Source of the DNA: Actinomycetota bacterium
Lineage (GTDB): Bacteria > Actinomycetota > CADDZG01 > WHSQ01
Reading direction: 5' to 3'
NCBI GenBank assembly: GCA_035550975.1
Contig: DASZOC010000016.1
Span: 13,073 to 77,072 of the forward strand
Length of the DNA: 64,000 nucleotides
In this document: one piece after another, positions 27,457 to 36,845 of the stretch
Numbering within the stretch: the first letter of the stretch is position 1
Layout of the letters: each line of letters starts with the position of its first letter
Position numbers and translations under genes: made by a program
The notes under the pieces: generated by a model
The model's database searches: none
What the model was told of the DNA's origin: nothing
Seen by the model: the letters and a program-made list of their open reading frames with translations, nothing else

Positions 27457-27924
27457 ATGGGACGGCGGTTCTTCAGGCACGGCGAGCTACCCCTCGTGCT
27501 CCTGGCGCTGCTGGCGGAGCGGCCGATGCACGGCTACGACCTGATGATCGAGCTGGGGCGGCTCTTCGCCCCCCACTACCACCCGTCTCCCGGGAGCGTC
27601 TACCCCGCGGTCGAAGCGCTGGAGGCCGAGGGTCTCATAGCGGCTCGTACCGACGACGGCCCCCGCGTCTACCGCCTGACGCGATCGGGAGCTACCGCAC
27701 TGGAGAAACGCAGGGATGCGCTCGCGGCCCTCGAGCTTCGGACCGGGATGCGCGTAGCGCAGAGGGGCACCGTCGATGCCGTCCTCGATCGTTTCGCGTC
27801 GCGTGTTCGCGCGTTTACGGGGCGCCTGGACCCGGACACGCTCGAGGACGTCCTCGACCGCACGCTCGACGACATCCAAGCAACTGTTACCGGACAACCA
27901 GTAGGAAAGGAGGCACCGTCATGA
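27457..27924 (+). CDS. PadR family transcriptional regulator
   Basis: Winged-helix signature LPLVLLALLAERPMHGYDLMIEL...SPGSVYPAVEALEAEGLI. ATG 27457 lies 7 nt after GTAGGAGG. Confidence 0.85.
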   Translation: MGRRFFRHGELPLVLLALLAERPMHGYDLMIELGRLFAPHYHPSPGSVYPAVEALEAEGLIAARTDDGPRVYRLTRSGATALEKRRDALAALELRTGMRVAQRGTVDAVLDRFASRVRAFTGRLDPDTLEDVLDRTLDDIQATVTGQPVGKEAPS

Positions 27925-28196
27925 GCGATCCGTTCGACCGTGCAGTGGAACGTGAGAAGTCGGAGCGACGCGGACACCGCAACCGGGCCGTATGGAACCG
28001 ACTCGCGATCCACTTGCGGATCTATCTGATCGTGAACCTGGTCCTTGCGGGGATCTGGGCCGTCGAGGCGGTCCTGGACAACGGACATCCTCTGTGGTTC
28101 TTGCAGGTCGCGTGGGGCTGGGGGATCGGCCTCTTCATCCACTACGTGGTCGTCACGCAGGTGACGAGGCAATGGTGGCCGCGCCGCCTCGCGTAA
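27921..28196 (+). CDS. Small 2TM-domain membrane protein
   Basis: The 91-aa product has two hydrophobic helices (IYLIVNLVLAGIWAV and WGWGIGLFIHYVVV). ATGA overlap with padR. Confidence 0.7.
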   Translation: MSDPFDRAVEREKSERRGHRNRAVWNRLAIHLRIYLIVNLVLAGIWAVEAVLDNGHPLWFLQVAWGWGIGLFIHYVVVTQVTRQWWPRRLA

Positions 28197-28277
28197 CGCC
28201 CGCGGTAGATGTTTGCGCGGGAGGGCCCTAGCCCCGGGTGCTCGGAAGCGCGTGGGTCGCGCGGTGCCTGGAGGGGA

Positions 28278-28328
28278 AGCACGATGGACGTAGATGCCCG
28301 CTCATGAGGGGTTTACGTCCAACGTGGG
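28278..28328. repeat. Palindromic element copy 2 (stem TGGACGTA/TACGTCCA, inner CTCATGAG)
   Basis: Same orientation as copy 1. It overlaps the last 8 codons (TLDVNPS) and the stop of rimO. Confidence 0.85.
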
Positions 28329-29678
28329 TTCTAGCGCGGCCCCCTCGAGGTCGCTGCCGTCGGTTCCGGTGATCGAGACCGCGACGTAGTCGCCGACCTT
28401 CAGGTGACCGGCGGTCGTGAACGAGATCTCGCCGTCGATCTCGGGCGCCTCGCGGTGCGAGCGCCCGATCCACCGGCCGGTGGCCACGTCGAGGCGCTCC
28501 ACCAGGACCTCCAGCGTCTCCCCCACGATCGAGCACGCGCGTTGTTCCATCGTCGCCTCCGCCGCGACCCGCACACGCTCGGCCCGCTCGCGCGCGACAT
28601 CGGCGGGAACGTGATCCGGCAGGTCGTGCGAACGCGTGCCTTGCTCGCGCGAGAACGTGAACGTCCCCACCCAATCGAGCTCGGTCTCCCCCACGAAACT
28701 CTCGACCGCGGCCGCGTCGTCGTCGGTCTCGCCCGGAAAGCCCAGGATGAACGTCGTGCGCACCGCGGCGAGCGGATCGGCGGCACGGACGCGCTCGATC
28801 ATGCCGTCGAAACGGTCGCGGCCCCCCCACCGCCCCATCGCTTTCAAGATCGCGGGCGAGACGTGTTGCAACGACAGGTCGAAGTAGGACGCGATCTTCT
28901 CCGAGCCCAGCATCTTGTCGATCAACGCATCGGTCACGCCTTGCGGGTGCAGGTACATCAGGCGCATCCGCTCGATCCCGTCCACGTTCTCGAGACGCTC
29001 CAGCAGGTCGACGAAGGTCCCTTCGCCCGAGTCGCGGCCCCACTGGACGGAGTCCTGGCTCACGAGCGACAGCTCCGATATCCTCAGCGACGCGAGGTGG
29101 CGCGCCTCGGTCTCGATGACATCGATCGAGCGCGACCTGAACTTGCCGCGCATGAGTGGGATCGCACAGAACGTGCAGCCGCGATCGCAACCCTCCGCGA
29201 TCTTGACGTAGGCCCACGGAGCCCGGCCGAAGCGGACGCGTGGAGCCGCCGCGATGGCCGAGTCCCACCACGCAGGGTCGAAGCGCGTGCCGGGGTCACC
29301 CCACACCCGGCGCGTCAACGATCCGCCCGCGGCGGCGCTCACGATCTGGGAAACCTGCGGATAGGCGGCGAAATCGACCAGGGCATCGACCTCCGGCAGG
29401 GACTCCGCCAGCTCGTCGGCCGACCGCGCCACGAGACAGCCGGTCAGGACGAGGCCCCTCATCGGCCCGTCGTGCTTGAGCTCGGCGAGATCCAGGACCT
29501 CCTCGACCGTCTCGCGCCGCGCAGGATCGATGAAGCCGCAGGTGTTGACCACGACGACCTCGGCCCCTTCAGGGTCCTCCGTCACGTCGTGACCACCCGC
29601 GGCCAACAGACCGGCGAGCCCCTCCGAGTCGATGGCGTTCTTCGGACACCCCAAAGTGACGATGGCGACGCGGGACAT
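28302..29678 (-). CDS. rimO: Ribosomal protein S12 methylthiotransferase
   Basis: VAIVTLGCPKNAIDSE, radical-SAM CDRGCTFC and a C-terminal TRAM domain. Confidence 0.9.
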   Translation of the reverse strand: MSRVAIVTLGCPKNAIDSEGLAGLLAAGGHDVTEDPEGAEVVVVNTCGFIDPARRETVEEVLDLAELKHDGPMRGLVLTGCLVARSADELAESLPEVDALVDFAAYPQVSQIVSAAAGGSLTRRVWGDPGTRFDPAWWDSAIAAAPRVRFGRAPWAYVKIAEGCDRGCTFCAIPLMRGKFRSRSIDVIETEARHLASLRISELSLVSQDSVQWGRDSGEGTFVDLLERLENVDGIERMRLMYLHPQGVTDALIDKMLGSEKIASYFDLSLQHVSPAILKAMGRWGGRDRFDGMIERVRAADPLAAVRTTFILGFPGETDDDAAAVESFVGETELDWVGTFTFSREQGTRSHDLPDHVPADVARERAERVRVAAEATMEQRACSIVGETLEVLVERLDVATGRWIGRSHREAPEIDGEISFTTAGHLKVGDYVAVSITGTDGSDLEGAALEPTLDVNPS

Positions 29679-29691
29679 ATCGGAACGGGTC

Positions 29692-30456
29692 CTAGAAAGC
29701 GGACTTGACGTCGTCGGGCAGGACCATGTCGATCGGGTCCTCGCCGCCCGGCGAACCGATGTTCTTGCCGTTGACGATCAACTCGACACCGGCGGGATAA
29801 CCGAGACGGATGTACATCTTCTCCTCGGCGGTGAACGTCATGTTGTCGCCCTCCTCTAGCACCTTGTAGAAGAGCTGCTCGCCGTCGGCGTACACCTCCA
29901 ACCACGACGGGGCCTTGGCCGCGATGACCTCGAGCTCGATGCCGTCGGTGAACGCGACGACCGACTCCTCGGGCTCCGGCGTCGGCGACGCCGCTTCGCT
30001 CGCCTCTGCCGGTGCGGTTGACTCTTCGGCGGCAGCAGTGGTCCGGCGCGGGTCGTCTTCTTCCTGCGGTCCCGTTGCAAGCCCTATCGCCGACAGCGCG
30101 ACGAGCACGACCGTCGCGAGGCCCGCAGCGGTCGCCCAACTGTTGAACTTCCGTTCCTTCGGAGCCTGCTTCGACCGGCGCTCGAGGGCCGCGATCTGGC
30201 CCATCTCGAACTTCTGCGTGCCGTGAAGACGGTCGAACTCCTCGACGAGCGGGGTGGGATCGATCTGGAGGAACCGGGCGTAGGTCTTTAGGAAGCTGCG
30301 GACGTACGCGGGCGCGAGGAAGTCGAGCTCATCGGACTCCATCCGCATGAGGAAATCGGCTCGTATGCGCGTGTCGTCGGCAGCTCGTTCGATGCTTACC
30401 CGGCGGCGACGCCGAGCGGCTCGAAGGTAAGCGCCTAGAGTTGCAGGCTCGGTCAC
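29692..30456 (-). CDS. RodZ-like HTH protein with TM segment and C-terminal DUF4115-like domain
   Basis: N-terminal HTH LGAYLRAARRRRRVSIERAADDTRIRADFL, a central TM helix, and a C-terminal beta-rich domain. Confidence 0.65.
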   Translation of the reverse strand: MTEPATLGAYLRAARRRRRVSIERAADDTRIRADFLMRMESDELDFLAPAYVRSFLKTYARFLQIDPTPLVEEFDRLHGTQKFEMGQIAALERRSKQAPKERKFNSWATAAGLATVVLVALSAIGLATGPQEEDDPRRTTAAAEESTAPAEASEAASPTPEPEESVVAFTDGIELEVIAAKAPSWLEVYADGEQLFYKVLEEGDNMTFTAEEKMYIRLGYPAGVELIVNGKNIGSPGGEDPIDMVLPDDVKSAF

Positions 30457-30548
30457 CGTACGGCTTTCTTCGGGTTCGGAGCGGTGATTATAGGTCCCAT
30501 GACAACCAGACGCTCCGGCGCCCGGTTCGGTTCGCCGTGGGTGACGGA

Positions 30549-32948
30549 TCAGCCCGGAGCCGCCCCCGCATCACGGTTCTCTAGCTCCTCGATCGTCATC
30601 AACACGTCGCGCGGCTTACTCCCCTGGCTCGGGCCGACTACGCCGCGCTGTTCGAGGAGGTCCATCAGGCGCCCCGCTCGCGCGAAGCCGACCTGCAGCT
30701 TGCGCTGCAACATCGAGGTCGACCCGAGCTGCGAGCGGACCACGAGCTGCAGTGCTTCCTCGAGGTGCTCGTCGTCGCCGGCCGAGCCGCCCGCGGCTCC
30801 CATCGTCTGCGCGTCCTCGACCGTCACGCCCTCGACGTAAACCGGCTCGGCCTGGCGTCGTGCGTGTGCCACGACGGCCGAGATCTCTTTCTCGTTGACC
30901 CAGGCTCCCTGGATACGGCGCGCCTTGGAAGAGTTCGCGTGCAGGAACAGCATGTCGCCGTGCCCGATCAGCTTGTCGGCGCCGCCTTGGTCGAGGATCA
31001 CCCGCGAGTCCTGCTGCGACGCGACGCTGAACGCGAGACGCGACGGGATGTTGGCCTTGATCACGCCCGTCACGACGTCGACAGAGGGACGTTGCGTCGC
31101 CACGACCAGGTGGATCCCGACCGCGCGCGCCATCTGCGCGATGCGGCAGATCGCCGACTCGACGTCCCGCGGTGCGACCATCATCAGGTCCGACAGCTCG
31201 TCGACCACGACGAGGATGTAGGGCAATAGATGCGGCTCGGGGTCGTCGTCGTTGTGCCTGATCACGGCCCCACGCGCCACCGCCTCGTTGTAGAACTCGA
31301 GGTTACGCATCCCCGAGCGCGCCAGCGTCTCGTAGCGCATCTCCATCTCTCGGACGACCCAGTTCAGCGCCGATGCGGCTTTCTTCGGGACCGTCACGAC
31401 CGGCGTCAGCAGGTGCGGGACACCCGCGAAGTGCGTCAGCTCGACACGCTTCGGGTCGATCAGGATCATGCGCACCTGGTCGGGCCGCGCCCGCATCAGG
31501 ATCGAAGTGATCATCGAGTTGATGCACGACGACTTGCCCGAGTTGGTGGCCCCCGCGATCAGGACGTGAGGCATCTCGGTCAGCTTCGCCATCACGGTCT
31601 CGCCGGAGATGTCCTGACCGAGGGCGATCGACATCGGATGAGGGTCCTTCCGAGCCTCTTTCGAGCGGAGGAGGTCGCCGAGCGTCACCAGCTGTCTGGT
31701 CCGGTTGGGCACCTCGACGCCGATGGCGGAGCGACCCGGGATCGGCGCGAGGAAGCGGAGCTCACCGGAGGCCATCGCGTACTTGATCTCGTTGCTGAGC
31801 GACAGGACGCGGTTGACCTTGACACCGGAGCCGAGCTCGATCTCGAAGCGGGTCACGGTCGGACCCGCGGTATAGCCGGTAACGGAAGCATCGACGTCGA
31901 ATTGCTCGAGCGTCGTCTCGAGCACCTTCGTCGCTTCCGCGATAGATCGCTCGGAGATCTCGCGTTCGTCGCCGGTAGTCAGCAGCTCCATCGCTGGGAG
32001 CTTGTAGGTCTTGCCGCTGCCGACCGGCATCGCCATCTGCCTCGGCGTCTCGGGGGGCGGGACCAACCGAGGAAGGCTCGCTTCCGGGTCGGCCGCGTCG
32101 TCCTCCTCGACGTAGTCGGCGTCGTAGGACTCCTCGTCTTCGTCTTCGTCCTCTTCTTCGTCTTCGTCGTCATCGCTCTCGAGCGCGCCCGCGGCGAGGC
32201 CCTTGACGAACGCCCACCCGCCGACCGCGCCGGCCCTCGCCCATCCACCGACGGTCGATACCGGCGTGCGCGTGATCACCATCACGCCGACGCCGAACAA
32301 GCACAGCAGCAGCAACCACGAGACCCACACGCCGACGAGGCCCGACAGCGGGCTCGCGATCAGCGCCCCGGCGATCCCTCCGACCTCCTGCAGTTTCTCG
32401 ATCGAGGTCGAGGCAGGCTTGTTGCCGCGGATCAGATGCACCATCGCGGCCGCCGCGAGACCGCAGAGGGCGATGCCGGCGAGGATGCGGCCGACGTGCT
32501 CGCGCGACGACGGGGCAATCATCAGAACGCCCGTCGCGATCAGGAGCAGCGGCGTGAGGACGACGAGGCTGCCCCAGATCAACGAGCCGATGTAGTCGAT
32601 CGCGCCGCCTACGGGGCCCGCGCCGCTGGAATAGACGCCGAGCCATGCGACCGCGCCCAGGAGAACGACGAGCAGCCCCCATGCTTCCGCCGGCAGGCTC
32701 CTGATCCCGGCACCGGTCCAGCGGAGCGCCGATCCGGCTCCTTCGACGAGGGGCCGGATGCTCGACTGCCTCTTCGGGCGCCGCGGCGGCGGTCGCTTGC
32801 GCGGCGCGCCCCCGGCCGGTCGCCGAGCAGGAGCGCGAGCCGACCTGCGGGCGGGCTTGCGTCGGGTTCTGGTGGCCAGGGCAGCGGTCCCCTCTATCCG
32901 GGCGCGTCGGGTCGGTCCCGGGCACCTCAGGAGCCCCAACTGTAACAA
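30549..32948 (-). CDS. ftsK: DNA translocase FtsK/SpoIIIE
   Basis: N-terminal TM helices, an acidic linker (DDDEDEEEDEDEDEE), motor domain Walker A GATNSGKS and a C-terminal gamma (winged-helix) domain. The start codon is uncertain; the maximal ORF uses TTG 32948. Confidence 0.9.
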   Translation of the reverse strand: MLQLGLLRCPGPTRRARIEGTAALATRTRRKPARRSARAPARRPAGGAPRKRPPPRRPKRQSSIRPLVEGAGSALRWTGAGIRSLPAEAWGLLVVLLGAVAWLGVYSSGAGPVGGAIDYIGSLIWGSLVVLTPLLLIATGVLMIAPSSREHVGRILAGIALCGLAAAAMVHLIRGNKPASTSIEKLQEVGGIAGALIASPLSGLVGVWVSWLLLLCLFGVGVMVITRTPVSTVGGWARAGAVGGWAFVKGLAAGALESDDDEDEEEDEDEDEESYDADYVEEDDAADPEASLPRLVPPPETPRQMAMPVGSGKTYKLPAMELLTTGDEREISERSIAEATKVLETTLEQFDVDASVTGYTAGPTVTRFEIELGSGVKVNRVLSLSNEIKYAMASGELRFLAPIPGRSAIGVEVPNRTRQLVTLGDLLRSKEARKDPHPMSIALGQDISGETVMAKLTEMPHVLIAGATNSGKSSCINSMITSILMRARPDQVRMILIDPKRVELTHFAGVPHLLTPVVTVPKKAASALNWVVREMEMRYETLARSGMRNLEFYNEAVARGAVIRHNDDDPEPHLLPYILVVVDELSDLMMVAPRDVESAICRIAQMARAVGIHLVVATQRPSVDVVTGVIKANIPSRLAFSVASQQDSRVILDQGGADKLIGHGDMLFLHANSSKARRIQGAWVNEKEISAVVAHARRQAEPVYVEGVTVEDAQTMGAAGGSAGDDEHLEEALQLVVRSQLGSTSMLQRKLQVGFARAGRLMDLLEQRGVVGPSQGSKPRDVLMTIEELENRDAGAAPG

Positions 32949-32998
32949 CCGACCACTCTTTTAACAGCATTTCCGCCGTCCGGCGGCCGAACGAGCGG

Positions 32999-34654
32999 CT
33001 AGACCTCCGTCACTACCGGCATGATCATCGGGCGGCGGTGGGTCTCGTGCCACACGTACTCGCCGAGGGCCCGGCGCATCGCCTTTTTGATCGCCTGCCA
33101 GTCGGTCACGTGCTCGTGCTCCAAATTGCGTAGCGCATCCTCGACGCGGTCCTCCGCCTCCTCCAGGAACCCCCGCGCCTCGTCTTCGAACACGAAGCCG
33201 CGGCTGATGATGTCGGGCCCCGCGAGGATCTCGCCGGTACGCGAGTCGATCGTCACGACGCAGACGACGAAACCGTCTCCGGCCAGCACCCTCCGATCGC
33301 GCAGCACGACGGGCCCGACGTCTCCCACGCCGAGACCATCCACGAGGATCGTCCCGGACCGCACCTTGTCTCCTCGTCTGACGCGGCCGTCTCGCAGCTC
33401 GACGACGTCGCCGTCTTCGCAGATGAACACGCTGTCCCCTTCGACCCCCGCCGCCTCTGCGATGCGAGCGTGCGTCGTCAGCATCCGGAACTCGCCGTGG
33501 ACCGGAATCAAGTGTCGCGGCCGCACGGTCTCGAGCATCGTCCGAAGCTCGTCCGCCGCGGCATGACCCGAGACGTGGACGCCGTCTTCCTCTCCGTGGA
33601 ACACACGCGCTCCGGCGCGGTAGAGCCCGTTGATCACGCGGTGGACGGCCGACTCGTTACCGGGGATGGGGCTCGCCGAGAGGATGACGGTGTCGTCGCG
33701 CTCGACGCGGACCACCTTGTGCTCGCCGGCCGCGATCAGCGACAGCGCGGACAACGGCTCGCCCTGCGACCCGGTGCAGATGATCACCGCCTTCTGTGGC
33801 GGGAGGTGCTCGATATCGGCCACGTCCACGATGGTGTTGCGCGCGATCCGCAGATGCCCCAGCTCCCGCCCTACCTCCGCGTTTGCGACCATCGAGCGCC
33901 CGACGAAGGCGACGTGGCGGCCGACGGCCTCGGCCGCGGTGCAGACCTGCTGGACCCGATGCAGGTTCGATGCGAAGCACGCGACGACGATGGAGCGCTC
34001 GGCGGAGGCGAATATCTCCTTCAGCTTGTCGCCGACGACGGCCTCCGAGCCGGTGTGGCCGGGCTCCAGCGCGTTGGTCGAGTCGGCCAGCAGCAGGTCG
34101 ACGCCCTCTGCCCCAAGGCGACGGAACGTGTCGAGATCGGTGAGCCGTCCGTCTATAGGCCGCTCGTCGAGCTTGAAGTCGCCGGTGTAGAGGATGCGGC
34201 CCTCGGTCGTGTCGATCGCCACGGACATCGCGTCGGGGATCGAGTGCGAGACGGCGATGAACCGGCAGCGGAACGGCCCCAGCTCGAGCTCTCCCGGCGC
34301 AGAGACCTCGCGCATGTCGGCGTCGACCGCGAACTCGTCCAGCCGCCGCCGCGCCAGACCAAGGGTCAACGGGGTCCCGTACACGGGAACCGGCACGTCC
34401 TTCAGGAACCACGACAGGGCTCCGACGTGATCCTCGTGTCCGTGCGTCAGGACCACGCCAAGGACCTTGTCGGCGCGCTCGGCCAGATACGTGAAGTCGG
34501 GCAAAACCAGATCGATCCCGAGCATCTCGTCGGAGGGGAACGACAACCCCGCGTCGACCACGACGATCGAGTCGTCGTGTTCGACCGCGAACATGTTGCG
34601 GCCGACCTCTCCCAGGCCCCCGAGGAAGATCACCCGGGTGGGAGCGTCACCCAC
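32999..34654 (-). CDS. rnj: Ribonuclease J
   Basis: Metallo-beta-lactamase motif HGHEDHVGAL, a beta-CASP domain and a C-terminal domain; 551 aa. Confidence 0.95.
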   Translation of the reverse strand: MGDAPTRVIFLGGLGEVGRNMFAVEHDDSIVVVDAGLSFPSDEMLGIDLVLPDFTYLAERADKVLGVVLTHGHEDHVGALSWFLKDVPVPVYGTPLTLGLARRRLDEFAVDADMREVSAPGELELGPFRCRFIAVSHSIPDAMSVAIDTTEGRILYTGDFKLDERPIDGRLTDLDTFRRLGAEGVDLLLADSTNALEPGHTGSEAVVGDKLKEIFASAERSIVVACFASNLHRVQQVCTAAEAVGRHVAFVGRSMVANAEVGRELGHLRIARNTIVDVADIEHLPPQKAVIICTGSQGEPLSALSLIAAGEHKVVRVERDDTVILSASPIPGNESAVHRVINGLYRAGARVFHGEEDGVHVSGHAAADELRTMLETVRPRHLIPVHGEFRMLTTHARIAEAAGVEGDSVFICEDGDVVELRDGRVRRGDKVRSGTILVDGLGVGDVGPVVLRDRRVLAGDGFVVCVVTIDSRTGEILAGPDIISRGFVFEDEARGFLEEAEDRVEDALRNLEHEHVTDWQAIKKAMRRALGEYVWHETHRRPMIMPVVTEV

Positions 34655-34660
34655 CTCGGA

Positions 34661-35572
34661 TCACAGCAGCCCTATCTTCTCCAGGGCGCCGCGGATCGTG
34701 TCGGCCTCGTCTTCGGTCACGGGTACGAGCGGGAGGCGCGGCTCACCGACGTGGATCCCGAGCAAGCCCACGGCGTACTTGACCGGGATCGGGCTCGCGG
34801 TGACGCCCATGATCACACCCATGATCTCGAGATGCTCCAAGAAGATCCGCCGAGCCTCTTCGACCTTGCCGTCGTTGAACGCCGAGACCAGCTGCTTGAT
34901 CTGGGGGCCGATCAGGTGCGAACAGACCGAGACGATGCCGACGGCACCCGCAGCAAGATGCGGAAGCAACATCCCGTCGTCGCCCGAGTAGAGCTCGAAG
35001 TCCGTATGCCCTGCGGCGTCGAGGTCGGCGCGCAGCTTCGCCGTCTCCGACGGGTCGCCGACCGCGTCCTTGTTCGCGACGATGTTGCCGTGACCGGCGA
35101 GCTCCACCATCGTCTGGCGCTCCACGCGCCGACCGGTCCGCCCGGGGATGTCGTAGAGCACGAGCGGCACCGCGCTCGCGTCCGCGATCGCGCGGTAATG
35201 CGCGAGCAGCCCATTCTGTGGCGGCTTCGAGTAATAGGGCGTGACGACGAGGCACGCATCGGCCCCGAGGCCGGCGGCTTCCTTCGTCAGCGCGATCGTC
35301 TCGGCGGTGTCGGGCGAACCCGTGCCGGCGATGATCTTCGCCTGGTCGCCGACGGCGTCGATCACCGCGGTGAACAGGCTGAGCTTCTCCTGGTGCGACA
35401 GCGTCGGCGACTCGCCGGTCGTACCGGCGACGACGATGCCGTCGGAGCCGTGCTGGACGAGGTAGTTCGCCAGGCGGCTCGCAGCCTGGGCATCCAGCAA
35501 TCCGTCGGCGCCGAACGGCGTGACCATCGCGGTGATGACCTCGCCGAAGCGCGGAGACCGATTTTCTCTCAT
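34661..35572 (-). CDS. dapA: 4-hydroxy-tetrahydrodipicolinate synthase
   Basis: ITAMVTPF.., VAGTTGESPTLS, and the catalytic Lys region. Confidence 0.95.
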   Translation of the reverse strand: MRENRSPRFGEVITAMVTPFGADGLLDAQAASRLANYLVQHGSDGIVVAGTTGESPTLSHQEKLSLFTAVIDAVGDQAKIIAGTGSPDTAETIALTKEAAGLGADACLVVTPYYSKPPQNGLLAHYRAIADASAVPLVLYDIPGRTGRRVERQTMVELAGHGNIVANKDAVGDPSETAKLRADLDAAGHTDFELYSGDDGMLLPHLAAGAVGIVSVCSHLIGPQIKQLVSAFNDGKVEEARRIFLEHLEIMGVIMGVTASPIPVKYAVGLLGIHVGEPRLPLVPVTEDEADTIRGALEKIGLL

Positions 35573-35584
35573 GTGACCCGCAGG

Positions 35585-36082
35585 TTACCCGCCCACTTCG
35601 GTCTCTAGGCGGACGCCCCTCGCCCGCTCGGGCTCTTCGCCGGCATAGGCCGTTACCGAGTTCGCCGCGGGGCCTTCATCGGCCGGCATCCTGAGGTCGA
35701 ACGACACCGTCATGGAGCCGTCCGTAGGCAGGGGCCCGAACGCGAACACAACGCCTTCGATCGAGGTCGCCTCCGGCTCGGGGTCGACGTCGACGATCGC
35801 GGGATTCTCGTGACGCGTGCCCATATCGACGATGGGCACCGGGATCTCTCCCCCACCCGTTGCAGGGCCGACCCTCGCGAACGAGATGAACAACGTGCGG
35901 ATGTCCGGGCCCGGGTTCGTGATCGTGAACGTCGCCGTCTCCACGGAACCGGGCTCGGCCGTCGCGGGGAACGCGACGGTTATCTCGGGGCGTCCTGCCT
36001 CGTCCGAGGGGAGATCGCGGGTCCCGACGAACAGGGCCAGCACCAGCAGCGCGCCAAGGCCAAGGCCGATCCGTATCGCCAT
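35585..36082 (-). CDS. Hypothetical exported or membrane-anchored protein
   Basis: N-terminal hydrophobic MAIRIGLGLGALLVLALFVG and ordinary composition, lying between dapB and dapA. Confidence 0.5.
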   Translation of the reverse strand: MAIRIGLGLGALLVLALFVGTRDLPSDEAGRPEITVAFPATAEPGSVETATFTITNPGPDIRTLFISFARVGPATGGGEIPVPIVDMGTRHENPAIVDVDPEPEATSIEGVVFAFGPLPTDGSMTVSFDLRMPADEGPAANSVTAYAGEEPERARGVRLETEVGG

Positions 36083-36094
36083 CTAACGAGCCAC

Positions 36095-36829
36095 CTACAG
36101 ATCGAGCAGGTTCTCGAGCCCGACCGTTAGCCCCTGCAGCGAGCCGACGCGTTTGACCGCAAGCACCACACCCGGCATGAACGAGGCCCGGTCCAGCGAG
36201 TCGTGCCGGATCGTCAGCGTCTCGCCGGCAGTTCCGAGGATCACGTCTTGGTGCGCGACCGAGCCCGGAACCCGAACGGAATGGATCCGTATCCCCGAGG
36301 AGTCGCCGCCGCGGCTCCCCGGCAACGTCTCGCTGTGACCCTGCGGCGCCCTCCATGCGGTGCCGCGCGCGTCGTTCATCAGCTGCGCGGTCCTCAGCGC
36401 GGTCCCCGAAGGTGCATCGAGCTTGCGCTCGTGATGGCGCTCGACGATCTCGGCCGTGTCGAAGTGCGGGGCGGCACGCGCCGCGAAGTCCATCATCAGC
36501 ACCGCGCCGATCGCGAAGTTAGGCGCGATGAAGACGCTCGCACGGGCCCCGGCGACCCAACCTGCGACCTCGTCGAGGTCGGAAGCAGACAACCCGGTGG
36601 TGCCGACGACGACGTGGATGCCGTTGTCGACGCAGAACCTGATGTTGGCGAGCACTGCATCGGGCGTGGTGAAGTCGACCGCGACGGTGGCCCCCGCGTC
36701 GACGAAGGCACGAGGGTCGTCATTCTCGTCGACTTGCGCGACCAGCTCTAGCTCGTCGTCTGCTTGCACCGCGCGGCAGACCTCCGAGCCCATCCGGCCC
36801 TGCGCCCCGAAGACGCCGACCTTGATCAC
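36095..36829 (-). CDS. dapB: 4-hydroxy-tetrahydrodipicolinate reductase
   Basis: MIKVGVFGAQGRMG Rossmann motif and EIVERHHERKLDAPSGTA. Confidence 0.95.
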   Translation of the reverse strand: MIKVGVFGAQGRMGSEVCRAVQADDELELVAQVDENDDPRAFVDAGATVAVDFTTPDAVLANIRFCVDNGIHVVVGTTGLSASDLDEVAGWVAGARASVFIAPNFAIGAVLMMDFAARAAPHFDTAEIVERHHERKLDAPSGTALRTAQLMNDARGTAWRAPQGHSETLPGSRGGDSSGIRIHSVRVPGSVAHQDVILGTAGETLTIRHDSLDRASFMPGVVLAVKRVGSLQGLTVGLENLLDL

Positions 36830-36845
36830 CCGGTGCCCGATGCGG

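Noticed and set aside
26858-27924. GNAT plus an adjacent small regulator as a GNAT-type toxin-antitoxin module.
   Set aside because: The partner is a PadR winged-helix protein, not an RHH/DUF1778 antitoxin. The genes are separated by 71 nt containing an independent promoter, and the gene order does not fit known TacAT-like modules.
26765-28328. An integron attC interpretation of the palindromic elements. GTTGGAC fits GTTRRRY and GTCCAAC fits RYYYAAC.
   Set aside because: The two core-like heptamers are in the reverse order (GTTRRRY ... RYYYAAC) relative to an attC top strand. The bracketed segment holds three genes with their own promoter rather than a single promoterless cassette. No intI or attI is in the window.
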